From contig OZ024755.1 of assembly GCA_964016885.1 (NCBI GenBank), positions 31,248,001 to 31,312,000 on the forward strand: a DNA stretch of 64,000 nt. The letters run 5' to 3'. Below the pieces are notes generated by a model. The model searched no databases and was not told the origin of the DNA. It worked only from the letters and a program-made list of their open reading frames with translations. Each line of letters opens with the position of its first letter. The stretch's first letter is position 1. Source of the stretch: Eledone cirrhosa. Lineage: Eukaryota. Positions 53,420-64,000 of this stretch are shown here, piece by piece. The translations under genes and the position numbers were made by a program.

Positions 53420-53730
53420 TATGTAAATGTAGGAATGTAGTATATAGCATAAGTACAGAAGGACAGTGTAGTAATAGGAACACAACTTACATAGGTGAGC
53501 CGGCCTGTAGCATAGAAGAAAGGATAAAATAACACTGGCGAGAACTCCAAGATGGGAAAAACTCATCAGTACTCCACCAGTATACCAGAATGGAACATAG
53601 GGACACATTAGAGAACATCAAGATAAAAAATATATCCATACACAGAACAGATGCAATGCTCCGTCAGATTTCAGAGGTGACAAACATAAACAAAGTCCAA
53701 CCAAAACTAAACAGAAAAGATGAGTGGAAT
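53420..53730 (+). mobile_element. Penelope-like GIY-YIG endonuclease remnant (second lineage)
   Basis: CRNVVYSI..GQC..TYIGE..SIEERIK*H...S.LHQ...H...DAMLRQISE..I...PKLNRKDEW. Confidence 0.7.
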
Positions 53731-53859
53731 AACAACAGCTTCACAACTAGTAACTAAGGACAAGATAAAGGCATACAGAGACAGATAAGAACTAAACTAA
53801 ACTAATAAAACAGACCAGGTGCACACAGATAGAACAACCAACCAACTAGTGACAAGTAA

Positions 53860-54210
53860 ATCATCATCATCATCATCACCATCATCATTTTACGTCCGCT
53901 TTTCCCTGCTTGCAAGGTTGGGATGGGAAATGATTCTGGCTTGGTTTCTACAGCTGGATGCCCTTCCTAACACCAACCTCATTTACAGTGAGTGCTGGGT
54001 GCTTTTTTGCCGTGGCACCTCCACGACCACTTTGCAGTGGAATGATAGGGACTGGGGTCCCTATCATCTCATTTCTACAGCTGAGTAAACTGGAGCAATG
54101 TGAAATAAAGTGTCTTGCTCAAGGAAACAACACATCACCCGGTCTGAGAATTGAACTCACAACCTTTCGATTGCAAGGCCAATGCTCTAACCACTAAGCC
54201 ATGTGCCTCC
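53860..54210 (-). mobile_element. Full-length tRNA-derived SINE with RTE tail
   Basis: Close reverse complement of 11783-12116. Confidence 0.88.
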
Positions 54211-54618
54211 ATAATAATAAACATATAAATAAATAAACAAATGAATATATTAAAATAGATAAATAAAAACACACACTCAAACAAACCTGGATATAGCACG
54301 TGCATAACCCAAGTACACAGTTCACAAAAACAAGATGGTGTAGGTTAGAACAACTGAGGGACTATAACAAAAATAGTCACTGATGTGGTCACAGAATGTG
54401 TGACAAAAGAGCTTTGACAAGAGCTAAACAACCATCTGTTTATTAAACTAACCGACAGGGACTTTATAATAAACTGGAGTGAAATCCAACAGGTGCGTGT
54501 TTCTTATTGTCAGCATGACTCTACCAAAGTATAACAATATTTGTTTCAACACACATTTTCAGATAAGAAATCTTGCAAAACAAATGCAAAAACGAATATA
54601 TAATCACACACACATATA

Positions 54619-55088
54619 TCATCATCATCATCATCATCATTTTACGTCCGCTTTTCCCTGCTTGCAAGGGTGAGACGGGTCTTATTCAGCACAGCATCTC
54701 TCCACTTGTCATGGTCCTTCGTCATCTCCACCGTGAGCTTCTGCAATCTGAGGTCTACTCGCACCACCTCCGCCCATGTTTTTCGTGGTCTACCTCTACC
54801 ACGTCTTCCTTCAACTGGCATTTCCTGGCACTTCTTCACCCATCGGTCATCCTCCATGCGCATCACATGTGCATACCACCTCAGACACAGTTTCTCTCTC
54901 AACACATCCATGCTGGGTCGTTCACACACATTGACATTGCACATCCAACGGAGCATGCTTGCCTCATTTCTCTCCAGCCGTCGCATATCCTCTGCAGTTG
55001 CTGCCCAAGTCTCACTACCATGCAGCATCGCGCTCCTCACACAGGCATCATATAACTGGCCTTTCGTACACTGGGAGAAACCCTTCTT
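54619..55088 (-). mobile_element. RTE family A 3' fragment
   Basis: LHGSETWA...GRPRKTW...LASREKRT followed by (GAT)n. Confidence 0.9.
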
Positions 55089-55240
55089 ATATATATATAT
55101 ATATATATATGATCATCATCATCATTACCTTTTAACGTCCATTTTTCCACGCTAGCATGGGTTTGACGGGTTGTCCTATTTGATGCATGTTGACCCAGGT
55201 CACACAGATATATATATAAATCAGGATAGAACCAGTTTAA

Positions 55241-55461
55241 CCCTTTAGCATTTACATTACTCTAGATATACTATTGTATTTTTATGGTAAAGGCTTTACC
55301 TTACATAAATATCTCACATAATATAGAATCTACAAGATTTTGATAGTATTTATTTTGAAAACAATACCTTAACAGCAGTATGAGCAGCCGATTACAGTTG
55401 GTTTGAACAGAAAGAGGTGAGAGAATTCTGGCCAGATATGGCTGGATTAAATGTTAACGGG
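55241..55461. mobile_element. piggyBac-like MITE with TTAA TSD
   Basis: TTAA|CCCTTTAGCATTTA...TAAATGTTAACGGG|TTAA. Confidence 0.78.
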
Positions 55462-55488
55462 TTAAAATTAGTTAGGCCATTACTCACC

Positions 55489-56615
55489 AGAGTACTCAAT
55501 ACTTGGGGTAGTAGAGTATGGTTATATTATAAGAGTTGGAACCCGACGGCTGAGCTCTTGCTGTTTCATCAGTTATATATACACATATATATTTGTGTGT
55601 GTTATCATTGGCAGAAAGTACTCAATACTTGGGGTAGTAGAGTATGGTTATATTATAAGAGTTGGAACTCGACGGCTGAGCTCTTGCTGTTTCATCAGTT
55701 ATATATACACATATATATTTGTGTGTGTTATCATTGGCAGAAAGTACTCAATACTTGGGGTAGTAGAGTATGGTTATATTATAAGAGTTGGAACCCGACG
55801 GCTGAGCTCTTGCTGTTTCATCAGTTATATATACACATATATTTGTGTGTGTTATCATTGGCAGAAAGTACTCAATACTTGGGGTAGTAGAGTATGGTTA
55901 TATTATAAGAGTTGGAACCCGACGGCTGAGCTCTTGCTGTTTCATCAGTTATCATCATCATCATCATCAGGTTTAGCGTCCGTGTTCCACGCTTGCATGG
56001 GTTTGGACGGGGGTTTTCCCACTTGAGGCAAGAGTGGTTGTCTTGCTCGCATGGGACTGTCTGGCGGGTTTTCTACAGTTGGATGCCCTTCCTAACACCA
56101 ACCACATTTACAGTGTTGGGCTGGGAGGTTTTTACCGTGTTGCCTACACGGCCACATTTACAGTGTGGACTGTGTGTTTTTTGTCGTGACACCTACACGA
56201 TCTCATTTGTTTCGGCCTGGATGTTGTGGGACCAACATAACTTTACATTGAAAGGGGCGGTGTGGATGGGGTGGAGGTGGTGGGACGGGGGTGTGTTTTG
56301 ATAGAGATGCCTACTGACTGTAGTAGGTTTTTACTTTGTATTTAGGTAAGGCGGGTCTTCTCTATTACTGAGTACCGCCAAAGGTCTCAGTCCAGTGACA
56401 TTGTCTTGGAGAGGTGTAAGCGTGTGAGGTCGGAATTTATCAGTTATATATACACATATATATTTGTGTGTGTTATCATTGGCAGAAAGTACTCAATACT
56501 TGGGGTAGTAGAGTATGGTTATATTATAAGAGTTGGAACTCGACGGCTGAGCTCTTGCTGTTTCATCAGTTATATATACACATATATATATTTGTGTGTG
56601 TTATCATTGGCAGAA
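55489..56615. repeat. About 126-bp tandem repeat x5 containing the exon-12 acceptor, interrupted by a SINE (55951-56438, -)
   Basis: gttatcattggcag|aa recurs, with AG ending at 55614, 55740, 55864, 56485 and 56613. Probable SINE TSD atcagttat. Confidence 0.9.
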
Positions 56616-56746
56616 GTGAACCAGCCCCCTGTTGCAGTGACTGCTGGAGAAATAAATGTGGTATTACCAGTGGCCAGTCTTGTTCTTGATGGCCAGAATA
56701 GCACAGATGACAGAAATATTGAGACATACATCTGGGTACAAACGAG
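56614..56746 (+). CDS. KIAA0319L: Exon 12: PKD4 start
   Basis: ttggcag|...AG|gtaagt. Encodes EVNQPPVAVTAGEINVVLPVASLVLDGQNSTDDRNIETYIWVQT. Confidence 0.92.
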
Positions 56747-57292
56747 GTAAGTTATCACTCCATATTATTCTCAGGTGAACTACTGCACCATCTACCTGTA
56801 AACAAGGTGAGGGTACAGAAGCTACAGTTTTGGTGAGGCGTATATATAGGGTTTGAAGGACCTTTCTGTGTAGACGAGCAAGTGGCAACCTCTCTAGTGC
56901 TGGTGCCATGATGAAACGCACCCAGTACACTCTGTAAGGTGGTTGGCATTAGGAAAATGCACCCAGTCATAGAAAGCATGAAATATGTAACATATGAGTA
57001 AGATAAGGTTGTTCTGACCTGTGTAGTCATGGATTGTGACAGCCTGTCCAACCAATGCCCATATACATACATACATACATACATACATACACGTGCACAC
57101 ATACACACATATATATATAAATGAGGTTGGCGTTAGGAAGGGCATCTAGCTGTAGAAACCAAGCCAAAATTAGTTCTGTATGAACAAGATATTGTCACCT
57201 GACCTAACATTACCCACAATAGGACAACTCATCTAACCCAGGCTAGCGTGGATAAGTGGATGTAAAACAATGATGATGATGATGATGATATA

Positions 57293-58585
57293 CAGGGTGT
57301 AACAGGTAAATTGGGACCATTTAAATATCTTTATTATAATTGGTATAACTCGGAAAAATCAAATACTGCAAATGTTAAGTTTCTGCCAATTTATTGTGGA
57401 GTGTTTAGCACTTATTTCAGTTCAATATAACCGTCATTTGCTCTCTTTACCAGTTCAATATGACCGCCATTTGCTCTCTTTACCAGTTCAATATGACCGC
57501 CATTTGCTCTCTTTACCAGTTCTATCTGTTTACAAAATGATGTGCATGCCTTATTTCTTCCTTTATCATTTTACCAAATGGTTGCTTGATCGAAACCTTC
57601 AGTGAAGACAGTTGTGAGAAGTTGTGTTGGGTATTGCTTCAACTTCTCCCCATAGCCAAAAATCACACGGATTCAAATCTTGCGAGCTAGAGAGCCACAT
57701 ATCTTTAGGGACAAACATGGGCAATTCCTTCTTCAAAACTTCTTATACTCTTTTTGAAGAATGAGTTGGCGCTGAGTCTTGTAGAAATGTGACTCGACTT
57801 GCATAATAATGTTTCCTAATCCAAGGCAACAAAACTTCTAAGATTTTGAGATACTCTGCTGTGTTGATTTTAAGACCCAAGGAGGCACCAATTTCCCATC
57901 CCTTGCAACAGCTCCATAGATCATAATGGAAGCTGGATTCTTGGTATGCATAGCTGAAGGAATTTAGGAAAGGTCATATGCTATCACTTGTGAGTTTTGA
58001 CGGTTTGCAACTTTGTCTACCATGAAATGTTTTTCACCCACGAAGATGCGGACGTCTTCGCCACAATGTTTCAAATGACTAAGAAGTTTGGGACAAATGG
58101 CTTTGGAACAGGTAGTTAGGATGTTACAGTGACGCCTCAAATACAATTTCATATGGAGGTCTTGTCTCACAGCCCTAGAAACAGTCATTATAATGATTCC
58201 TCGATCTTAAACCAACTTCACCATTGATTTTGATGGGTTTGACTCAATTGATCTTTTAAGTCCTGTTAAGAAGCGAGGTGTGTGTTTAAAGTCACTGCAG
58301 GGACTGTGAGGCTTTCTCTGAACATCCTGACTCTTCTTCAAATTGGTTACAACTCTTAAAAACAGTAGATTTGGCAAACTTTGTGGCTCTAACAATCTCA
58401 CTCTGCAGATTAATTTGGCAATTACACTCCTACAGTTTATATTCATAATTTGTTCAATCTCAGATTTAAAAATAGTACAAATGATTATTCAAGCTGGTAA
58501 TATTGAAAATTTAGACTCCAACAAAATCGATACAATTAGAAATATACCCATTTGAAACTTGTCCCAATTTACCTGTTACACCCTG
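57293..58585 (-). mobile_element. Complete but degenerate maT (DD37D) Tc1/mariner transposon
   Basis: Perfect 25-bp TIRs CAGGGTGTAACAGGTAAATTGGGAC with TA TSDs. FLQDSAPTH...WLSSSQDLNPCDFWLW has 37 residues between the catalytic Asps. In-frame stops are present. Confidence 0.92.
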
Positions 58586-58846
58586 TACATACATACATAC
58601 ATACTGTCTAACCCATGCTAGTGTGGTAGATGGACGTTAAACGAAGTGTGTGTGTATTCCACCTAGATGAGCGTCTTAGTGAAATTACAAGCAGAAACTG
58701 TATGAGCTAATGGTCGAATATTTTCTTCCTAAATACATACCAAATTTGCATCTTATTATGTATTGAGTACTTCTTTGATTCGGGATCTTTCCGAGCTTAG
58801 CACCATACACAATCCCTATATGTTGATGTTGTGTTTGTTGTTGCAG

Positions 58847-58995
58847 TGGCCCCAAATTGACAATCTCTAATGCAGACAGGAACATAGCCACAGCTACCGG
58901 GGATATCAAGGTAGCAGTTTACATGTTTAAACTGACTGTCTATGACATACAGAAACAGTCCAGTTCGGCTGATTTGAAGATTACAGTCACACAAA
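58847..58995 (+). CDS. KIAA0319L: Exon 13: PKD4 end
   Basis: ttgcag|...A|gtacgt. Encodes SGPKLTISNADRNIATATGDIKVAVYMFKLTVYDIQKQSSSADLKITVTQ. Confidence 0.9.
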
Positions 58996-59063
58996 GTACG
59001 TACTTTACATCATTTACTCTCTTTTACTACAGTTTCATACTTGATTCTATTTTATTGTGCTCA

Positions 59064-59464
59064 GGACATGGTACCCTCTCTATTGCTGATGTACCCAGTA
59101 CACCCTGTACAGTGGTTGGTGGGGAAATGGAGGACTCTTCAGTCTTGTTGGGGACATGACAACCTCTCTAATGCTGATGTACCCAGTACACCCTGTACAG
59201 TGGTTGGTGGGGAAATGGAGGACTCTTCAGTCTTGTTGGGGACATGACAACCTCTCTAGTGCTGATGTACCCAGTACACCCTGTACAGTGGTTGGTGGGG
59301 AAATGGAGGACTCTTCAGTCTTGTTGGGGACATGACAACCTCTCTAGTGCTGATGTACCCAGTACACCCCGTACAGTAGTTGGTGGGGAAATGGAGGACT
59401 CTTCAGTCTTGTTGGGGACATGACAACCTCTCTAATGCTGATGTACCCAGTACACCCTGTACAC
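59064..59464. repeat. 88-bp tandem repeat x4.5
   Basis: Periodic gctgatgtacccagtacaccctgtacag. Confidence 0.92.
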
Positions 59465-59607
59465 TCTGTACACCTTGAAAGTGATTTATCAAATGGAAAC
59501 AATATAGGGTAGAGAGGAATGTTCAGTTTTATTATGTGACACCCTCGCTAGTGCTGGATGATAAAACATACCCTGTACATGGTGTAAAGTTGTGGGTATT
59601 AGAGTTG

Positions 59608-60575
59608 ACATCCATATGTAATAAACCATGCCATATATGGTAGGACATCCATATGTAAGAAACCATGCCATATATGGTAGGACATCCATGTATAAGAAAC
59701 CATGCCATATATGGTAGGACATCCATGTATAAGAAACCATGCCATATATGGTAGGACATCCATGTATAAGAAACCATGCCATATATGGTAGGACATCTAT
59801 GTGTAAGAAACCAGACCATATATGGTAGGACATCCATATGTAAGAAACCAGACCATATATGGTAGGACATCCATGTATAAGAAACCATGCCATATATGGT
59901 AGGACATCTATGTGTAAGAAACCAGACCATATATGGTAGGACATCCATATGTAAGAAACCAGACCATATATGGTAGGACATCCATGTGTAAGAAACCATG
60001 CCATATATGGTAGGACATCCATGTGGAAGAAACCATGCCATATATGGTAGGACATCCATATGTAAGAAACCATGCCATATATGGTAGGACATCCATATGT
60101 AAGAAACCATGCCATATATGGTAGGACATCCATGTGTAAGAAACCATGCCATATATGGTAGGACATCCATGTGGAAGAAACCATGCCATATATGGTAGGA
60201 CATCCATGTGTAAGAAACCATGCCATATATGGTAGGACACCCATGTGTAAGAAACCATGCCATATATGGTAGGACATCCATATGTAAGAAACCATGCCAT
60301 ATATGGTAGGACACCCATGTGTAAGAAACCATGCCATATATGGTAGGACATCCATATGTAAGAAACCATGCCATATATGGTAGGACATCCATGTGTAAGA
60401 AACCATGCCATATATGGTAGGATATCCATGTGGAAGAAACCATGCCATATATGGTAGGACATCCATGTGGAAGAAACCATGCCATATATGGTAGGACACC
60501 CATGTGTAAGAAACCATGCCATATATGGTAGGACATCCATATGTAAGAAACCATGCCATATATGGTAGGACATAT
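59608..60575. repeat. 37-bp minisatellite, about 26 copies
   Basis: (catccatatgtaagaaaccatgccatatatggtagga)n. Confidence 0.95.
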
Positions 60576-60701
60576 GAGTATGATGATGTCACTCCAATCT
60601 TTCTAATCTCAGGCTATGACAATCTGTCCACCCATGCCAACATGGAAAGTAGACATTAAATCATGACAGTGATGGTAATGTTTTTAATTTGTTATTTTCA
60701 G

Positions 60702-60853
60702 AGGAAAACAAGGCCCCTGTGGCTGATGCAGGGGGTGACAAAGTGATTCTACTTCCAAAATTAATCATTTTGTTGGATGGCTCTCATTCCTATGATGACC
60801 AGAAAATTGTCCGTTATCAGTGGACACGTGATGCCAGTAGTTTGGCTGCAGGG
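60702..60853 (+). CDS. KIAA0319L: Exon 14: PKD5 start
   Basis: ttttcag|...GGG|gtatgt. Encodes KENKAPVADAGGDKVILLPKLIILLDGSHSYDDQKIVRYQWTRDASSLAAG. Confidence 0.92.
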
Positions 60854-60925
60854 GTATGTCTCTTTTTTTAATTTTTTATTGAATATTCTGTTTTTAGGGT
60901 TGGTAGGTTGTGGTTTCACATTTAA

Positions 60926-61431
60926 CCCTTTCATCACCACATTTCTAATGAAATACGCTCTATTTTAATTAATTAATGAAGAATTTTGAGGGAGTTACTA
61001 AAATTATTATTTCATTACTAAGATAGTAACTTAATGTTAGGTTCTTATATAAAATTATGTTGGAAGATTTTAATTTAAATTGGAAACCTTTAAAATGGGT
61101 GGTTTTATTTCATAGAACCAGAACCAGTTTTGGCCAGGTTGATAACTAAAGGGTTAATCTGCCTGCTAGACCCTGATTGCCCAAGTGTGGAATGGTGTTA
61201 ACTCTTTTAATACCAACCTAGCCAAAACCACTGCTGGCTCTATAGTACAAAACCATTCATTTTAAAGGGTTCCTGGTTGGAATTTTCCAACATAATTTAT
61301 ATAAGAATCATATGTTAAGTCACTATCTTAGTAATGAAATAATTAATAATCTCAATCAATCCCTCAAAATTCTTCACTAATTATTTGAAATAGTGTGGAT
61401 TTCATTAGAAATATGGTCATGAAACAGTTAG
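60926..61431. mobile_element. Two piggyBac-like MITEs in inverted orientation (60926-61153 and about 61202-61427)
   Basis: TTAA|CCCTTT...AAAGGG|TTAA. The second copy is the reverse complement (gaagaattttgaggg / ccctcaaaattcttc). Confidence 0.78.
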
Positions 61432-61460
61432 TAGATGTTTGTTGCTGATTCCTGGCCCAT

Positions 61461-62135
61461 ATTTCTATTGCATGTAGTGATGGTAATATATACAAGTTTC
61501 TATTGTATGTAGTGATGGTAATATATACAAGTTTCTATTGTCTATAGTGATGGTAATATATACAAGTTTCTATTGCATGTAGTGATGGTAATATATACAA
61601 GTTTCTATTGTCTATAGTGATGGTAATATATACAAGTTTCTATTGCATGTAGTGATGGTAATATATACAAGTTTCTATTGTCTATAGTGATGGTAATATA
61701 TACAAGTTTCTATTGCATGTAGTGATGGTAATATATACAAGTTTCTATTGCATGTAGTGATGGTAATATATACAAGTTTCTATTGTCTATAGTGATGGTA
61801 ATATATACAAGTTTCTATTGTCTATAGTGATGGTAATATATACAAGTTTCTCTTGCATGTAGTGATGGTAATATATACAAGTTTCTATTGTCTATAGTGA
61901 TGGTAATATATACAAGTTTCTATTGTCTATAGTGATGGTAATATATACAAGTTTCTATTGCATGTAGTGATGGTAATATATACAAGTTTCTATTGTCTAT
62001 AGTGATGGTAATATATACAAGTTTCTATTGCATGTAGTGATGGTAATATATACAAGTTTCTATTGTCTATAGTGATGGTAATATATACAAGTTTCTATTG
62101 TCTATAGTGATGGTAATATATACAAGTTTCTATTT
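61461..62135. repeat. 35-bp minisatellite, about 19 copies, running into the exon-15 acceptor
   Basis: (tttctattgcatgtagtgatggtaatatatacaag)n followed by tttctattttcag|. Confidence 0.95.
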
Positions 62136-62139
62136 TCAG

Positions 62140-62278
62140 GAAATTGCCAATAACTCAAATTCTGAAGCTGTGCTACAACTTGTTAACTTAATAGCTGGCC
62201 GATATATCTTCACTCTTCAAATCTTTGACAGTGATGGTCTGACCAGTTCTGATTCAGCTTCCATTATTGTCAAACCAG
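62140..62278 (+). CDS. KIAA0319L: Exon 15: PKD5 end
   Basis: ttttcag|...G|gtaaaa. Encodes EIANNSNSEAVLQLVNLIAGRYIFTLQIFDSDGLTSSDSASIIVKP. Confidence 0.92.
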
Positions 62279-63044
62279 GTAAAAACAGAAGCTGGGCTTA
62301 TTTTCTCCAGAAACCAGTGAGGGTTTTTCTCAAATTTTATTTTACTATAATTTTTTGTGTTTTTGGGTGGTGATGGTGGATGGTGCTTGCGTTTGCAAAA
62401 GTAATAAACTATATCCTTCATCATCATCATCATCTTGTCTATTTTCCATGCTAGCATGGGTTGAGCAGGTCACCATAGTCTGGAACCAAACTAGTTGAAG
62501 AACTATGTTTCCATATTTGATACTGTAGTGACCTACATTCTGAGGACTCTTGAATACATTCTCCATACGTTGTTTGGCTTAGTTCAGCCAATCGCTACCA
62601 GCGTAAGGAAATGTATTCAACTTCCGGCGAAAGGGAAAAATTCCCACTTCTCTTCGAAAATCTCTCTCTTTTTGCATCTCGGCACTGGAAGGTAAACAAC
62701 TCTTGATTTTGCTCCTCAAATATTCCAAAATGTAACTACTGGAATTCTTCGCGCCGTCGCCTCTAACTTCAGCCATAGGTCTGCATATTCTTTTACAGCA
62801 TTTTATGACATGTCTTCACAGCTAACTCAACTTCCCATCTTTGTAAATAAATTATATATAAAAAAACGTTGTAATGCCTTATAATGATATTTTCCACAAC
62901 ATTCCTTTTAACTGCTTCAACGGTGACTTCTCTGATACAATACACAAACAAATATTAACATTCATAACACAACATATATCCATATATCTCTCAACCAAAT
63001 AACTTCTTCTAAAATACAATTTCCTGAGGCCAACTACTTTATAG

Positions 63045-63400
63045 AATGTATTTTATTGTGGCACTAACAGTTTACAGAGTGTACTGGGTGTATTTTATTG
63101 TGGCACCAACACTAACAGTTTACAGAGTGTACTGGGTGTATTTTATTGTGGCACCAACACTAACACTTTACAGTGTGTACTGGGTGTATTTTATTGTGGC
63201 ACCAACACCAACACTTTACAGAGTGCACTGGGTGTATTTTATTGTGGCACCAACACTAACACTTTACAGTGTGCACTGGGTGTATTTTATTGTGGCACCA
63301 ACACTAACACTTTGCAGAGTTTACTGGGTGTATTTTAATGTGGCACCAACACTAACACTTTACAGAGTGTACTGGGTGTATTTTGTGACAGCAACACTAA
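63045..63400. repeat. 48-bp minisatellite x7
   Basis: (ttttattgtggcaccaacactaacactttacagagtgtactgggtgta)n. Confidence 0.9.
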
Positions 63401-63694
63401 AGGGGTTGTCAGGTACTCAACAGGTTCAAATCATCCTCTCTATTCTGTCTTGATCTCTTCAGTACTGAGTGTATTCCATTTTGACACTAAAACTAGAGGG
63501 ATTGTCTTCTTCCCTGTTGGCTAAAAGGGGCTTCTCTAGTCTAGTCTGTGTCCAATATCTCTCCATATGTATTATACTGTATATATATTGCACTGTTTAG
63601 TCGCAGGAGAAGAGCAGCAACCTCTACAATTATTAATTGAGGGCTTTTTCTTTAGTGATTACAACCACATATTCAGACAACTATATATATATCA

Positions 63695-64000
63695 GCATCA
63701 TCATCATTTTATGTCTGCTTTTCCCTGCTTGCAAGAGTAGGGGAGGAACTCTTCAGCACAGCATCTCCCATTCATCACGGTCCTTCGTCATCTCCTCTGT
63801 GAGTTTCAGCATTCTGAGGTCTGCTCTCACTACCACTGCCCATGTTTTTTTCAGTCTTCCTTCCACTGAGATTACTTGGCACTTCTTCACCCAGCAGTCA
63901 TTTTCCATGTGCATCACGTCGATACCAACGCAGTCTTCCCTCCTGCACACTACAATTTATCCCTCTTATACACAGTCTCACTCTCAACTCATCTATGCTT
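63695..64000 (-). mobile_element. RTE family A 3' fragment
   Basis: MHMENDCWVKKCQ...KLTEEMTKDRDEW, with tail ttccctgcttgcaag and (CAT)n on +. Confidence 0.85.

Larger units (their letters stand above)
7650..62278 (+). other. KIAA0319L: Partial multi-exon gene: KIAA0319/KIAA0319L (dyslexia-associated / AAV receptor)-like protein; 15 exons, EGF-like + S/T-rich stalk + 5 PKD domains
   Basis: The 15 AG/GT-bounded exons splice in phase to 1983 nt with no stop. The peptide has the family PKD signatures ([36 protein letters not shown]; DY.PTANAG..LP.NSVTLYGNDSTDDKGIVSYEW; GVRSPVL). Family assignment is from recalled similarity to human AAVR PKD1-5; it is probably a co-ortholog of KIAA0319 and KIAA0319L. 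Confidence 0.92.

Noticed and set aside
58655-58722. Degenerate hammerhead-like motif (CTAGATGAGC...GCAGAAAC)
   Set aside because: The core is disrupted. Used only as weak support for the TATTGAGTAC family and not called as a ribozyme.
59489-60592. Long repetitive - strand ORFs
   Set aside because: Artefacts of the 37-bp minisatellite.
62495-62900. GC-richer segment with short ORFs after exon 15
   Set aside because: No recognisable domain and no fitting splice sites. It may be an unclassified TE relic.

Overview
This is eukaryotic, AT-rich and very repeat-dense DNA. The SINE, RTE and satellite content suggests a coleoid cephalopod such as an octopus, but that is an inference. The window lies inside one + strand gene, a KIAA0319/KIAA0319L (AAV receptor)-like type I membrane protein. 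I reconstructed 15 phase-consistent GT-AG exons (about 661 codons) encoding an EGF-like module, an S/T-rich stalk and five PKD domains; the N- and C-terminal exons lie outside the window. The introns hold three RTE LINE families, CR1 3' fragments, two maT-like Tc1/mariner elements, TTAA piggyBac-like MITEs, two tRNA-derived SINE families, two Penelope-like GIY-YIG remnants and many satellites. The most interesting signal is a dispersed set of short fold-back (palindromic) elements, mostly inside (TA)n tracts. They carry hammerhead-ribozyme cores (three complete-looking motifs, one of them mirrored in an inverted repeat, plus several partial ones) and often a downstream TATTGAGTAC motif, consistent with Penelope-like pLTRs or retrozyme-like elements. 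Also notable are tandem repeats that duplicate real splice acceptors, twin-priming-type 5' inversions in an RTE family, and satellites born from a MITE end and a CR1 segment. All structures and translations were read by eye; no database search was run.
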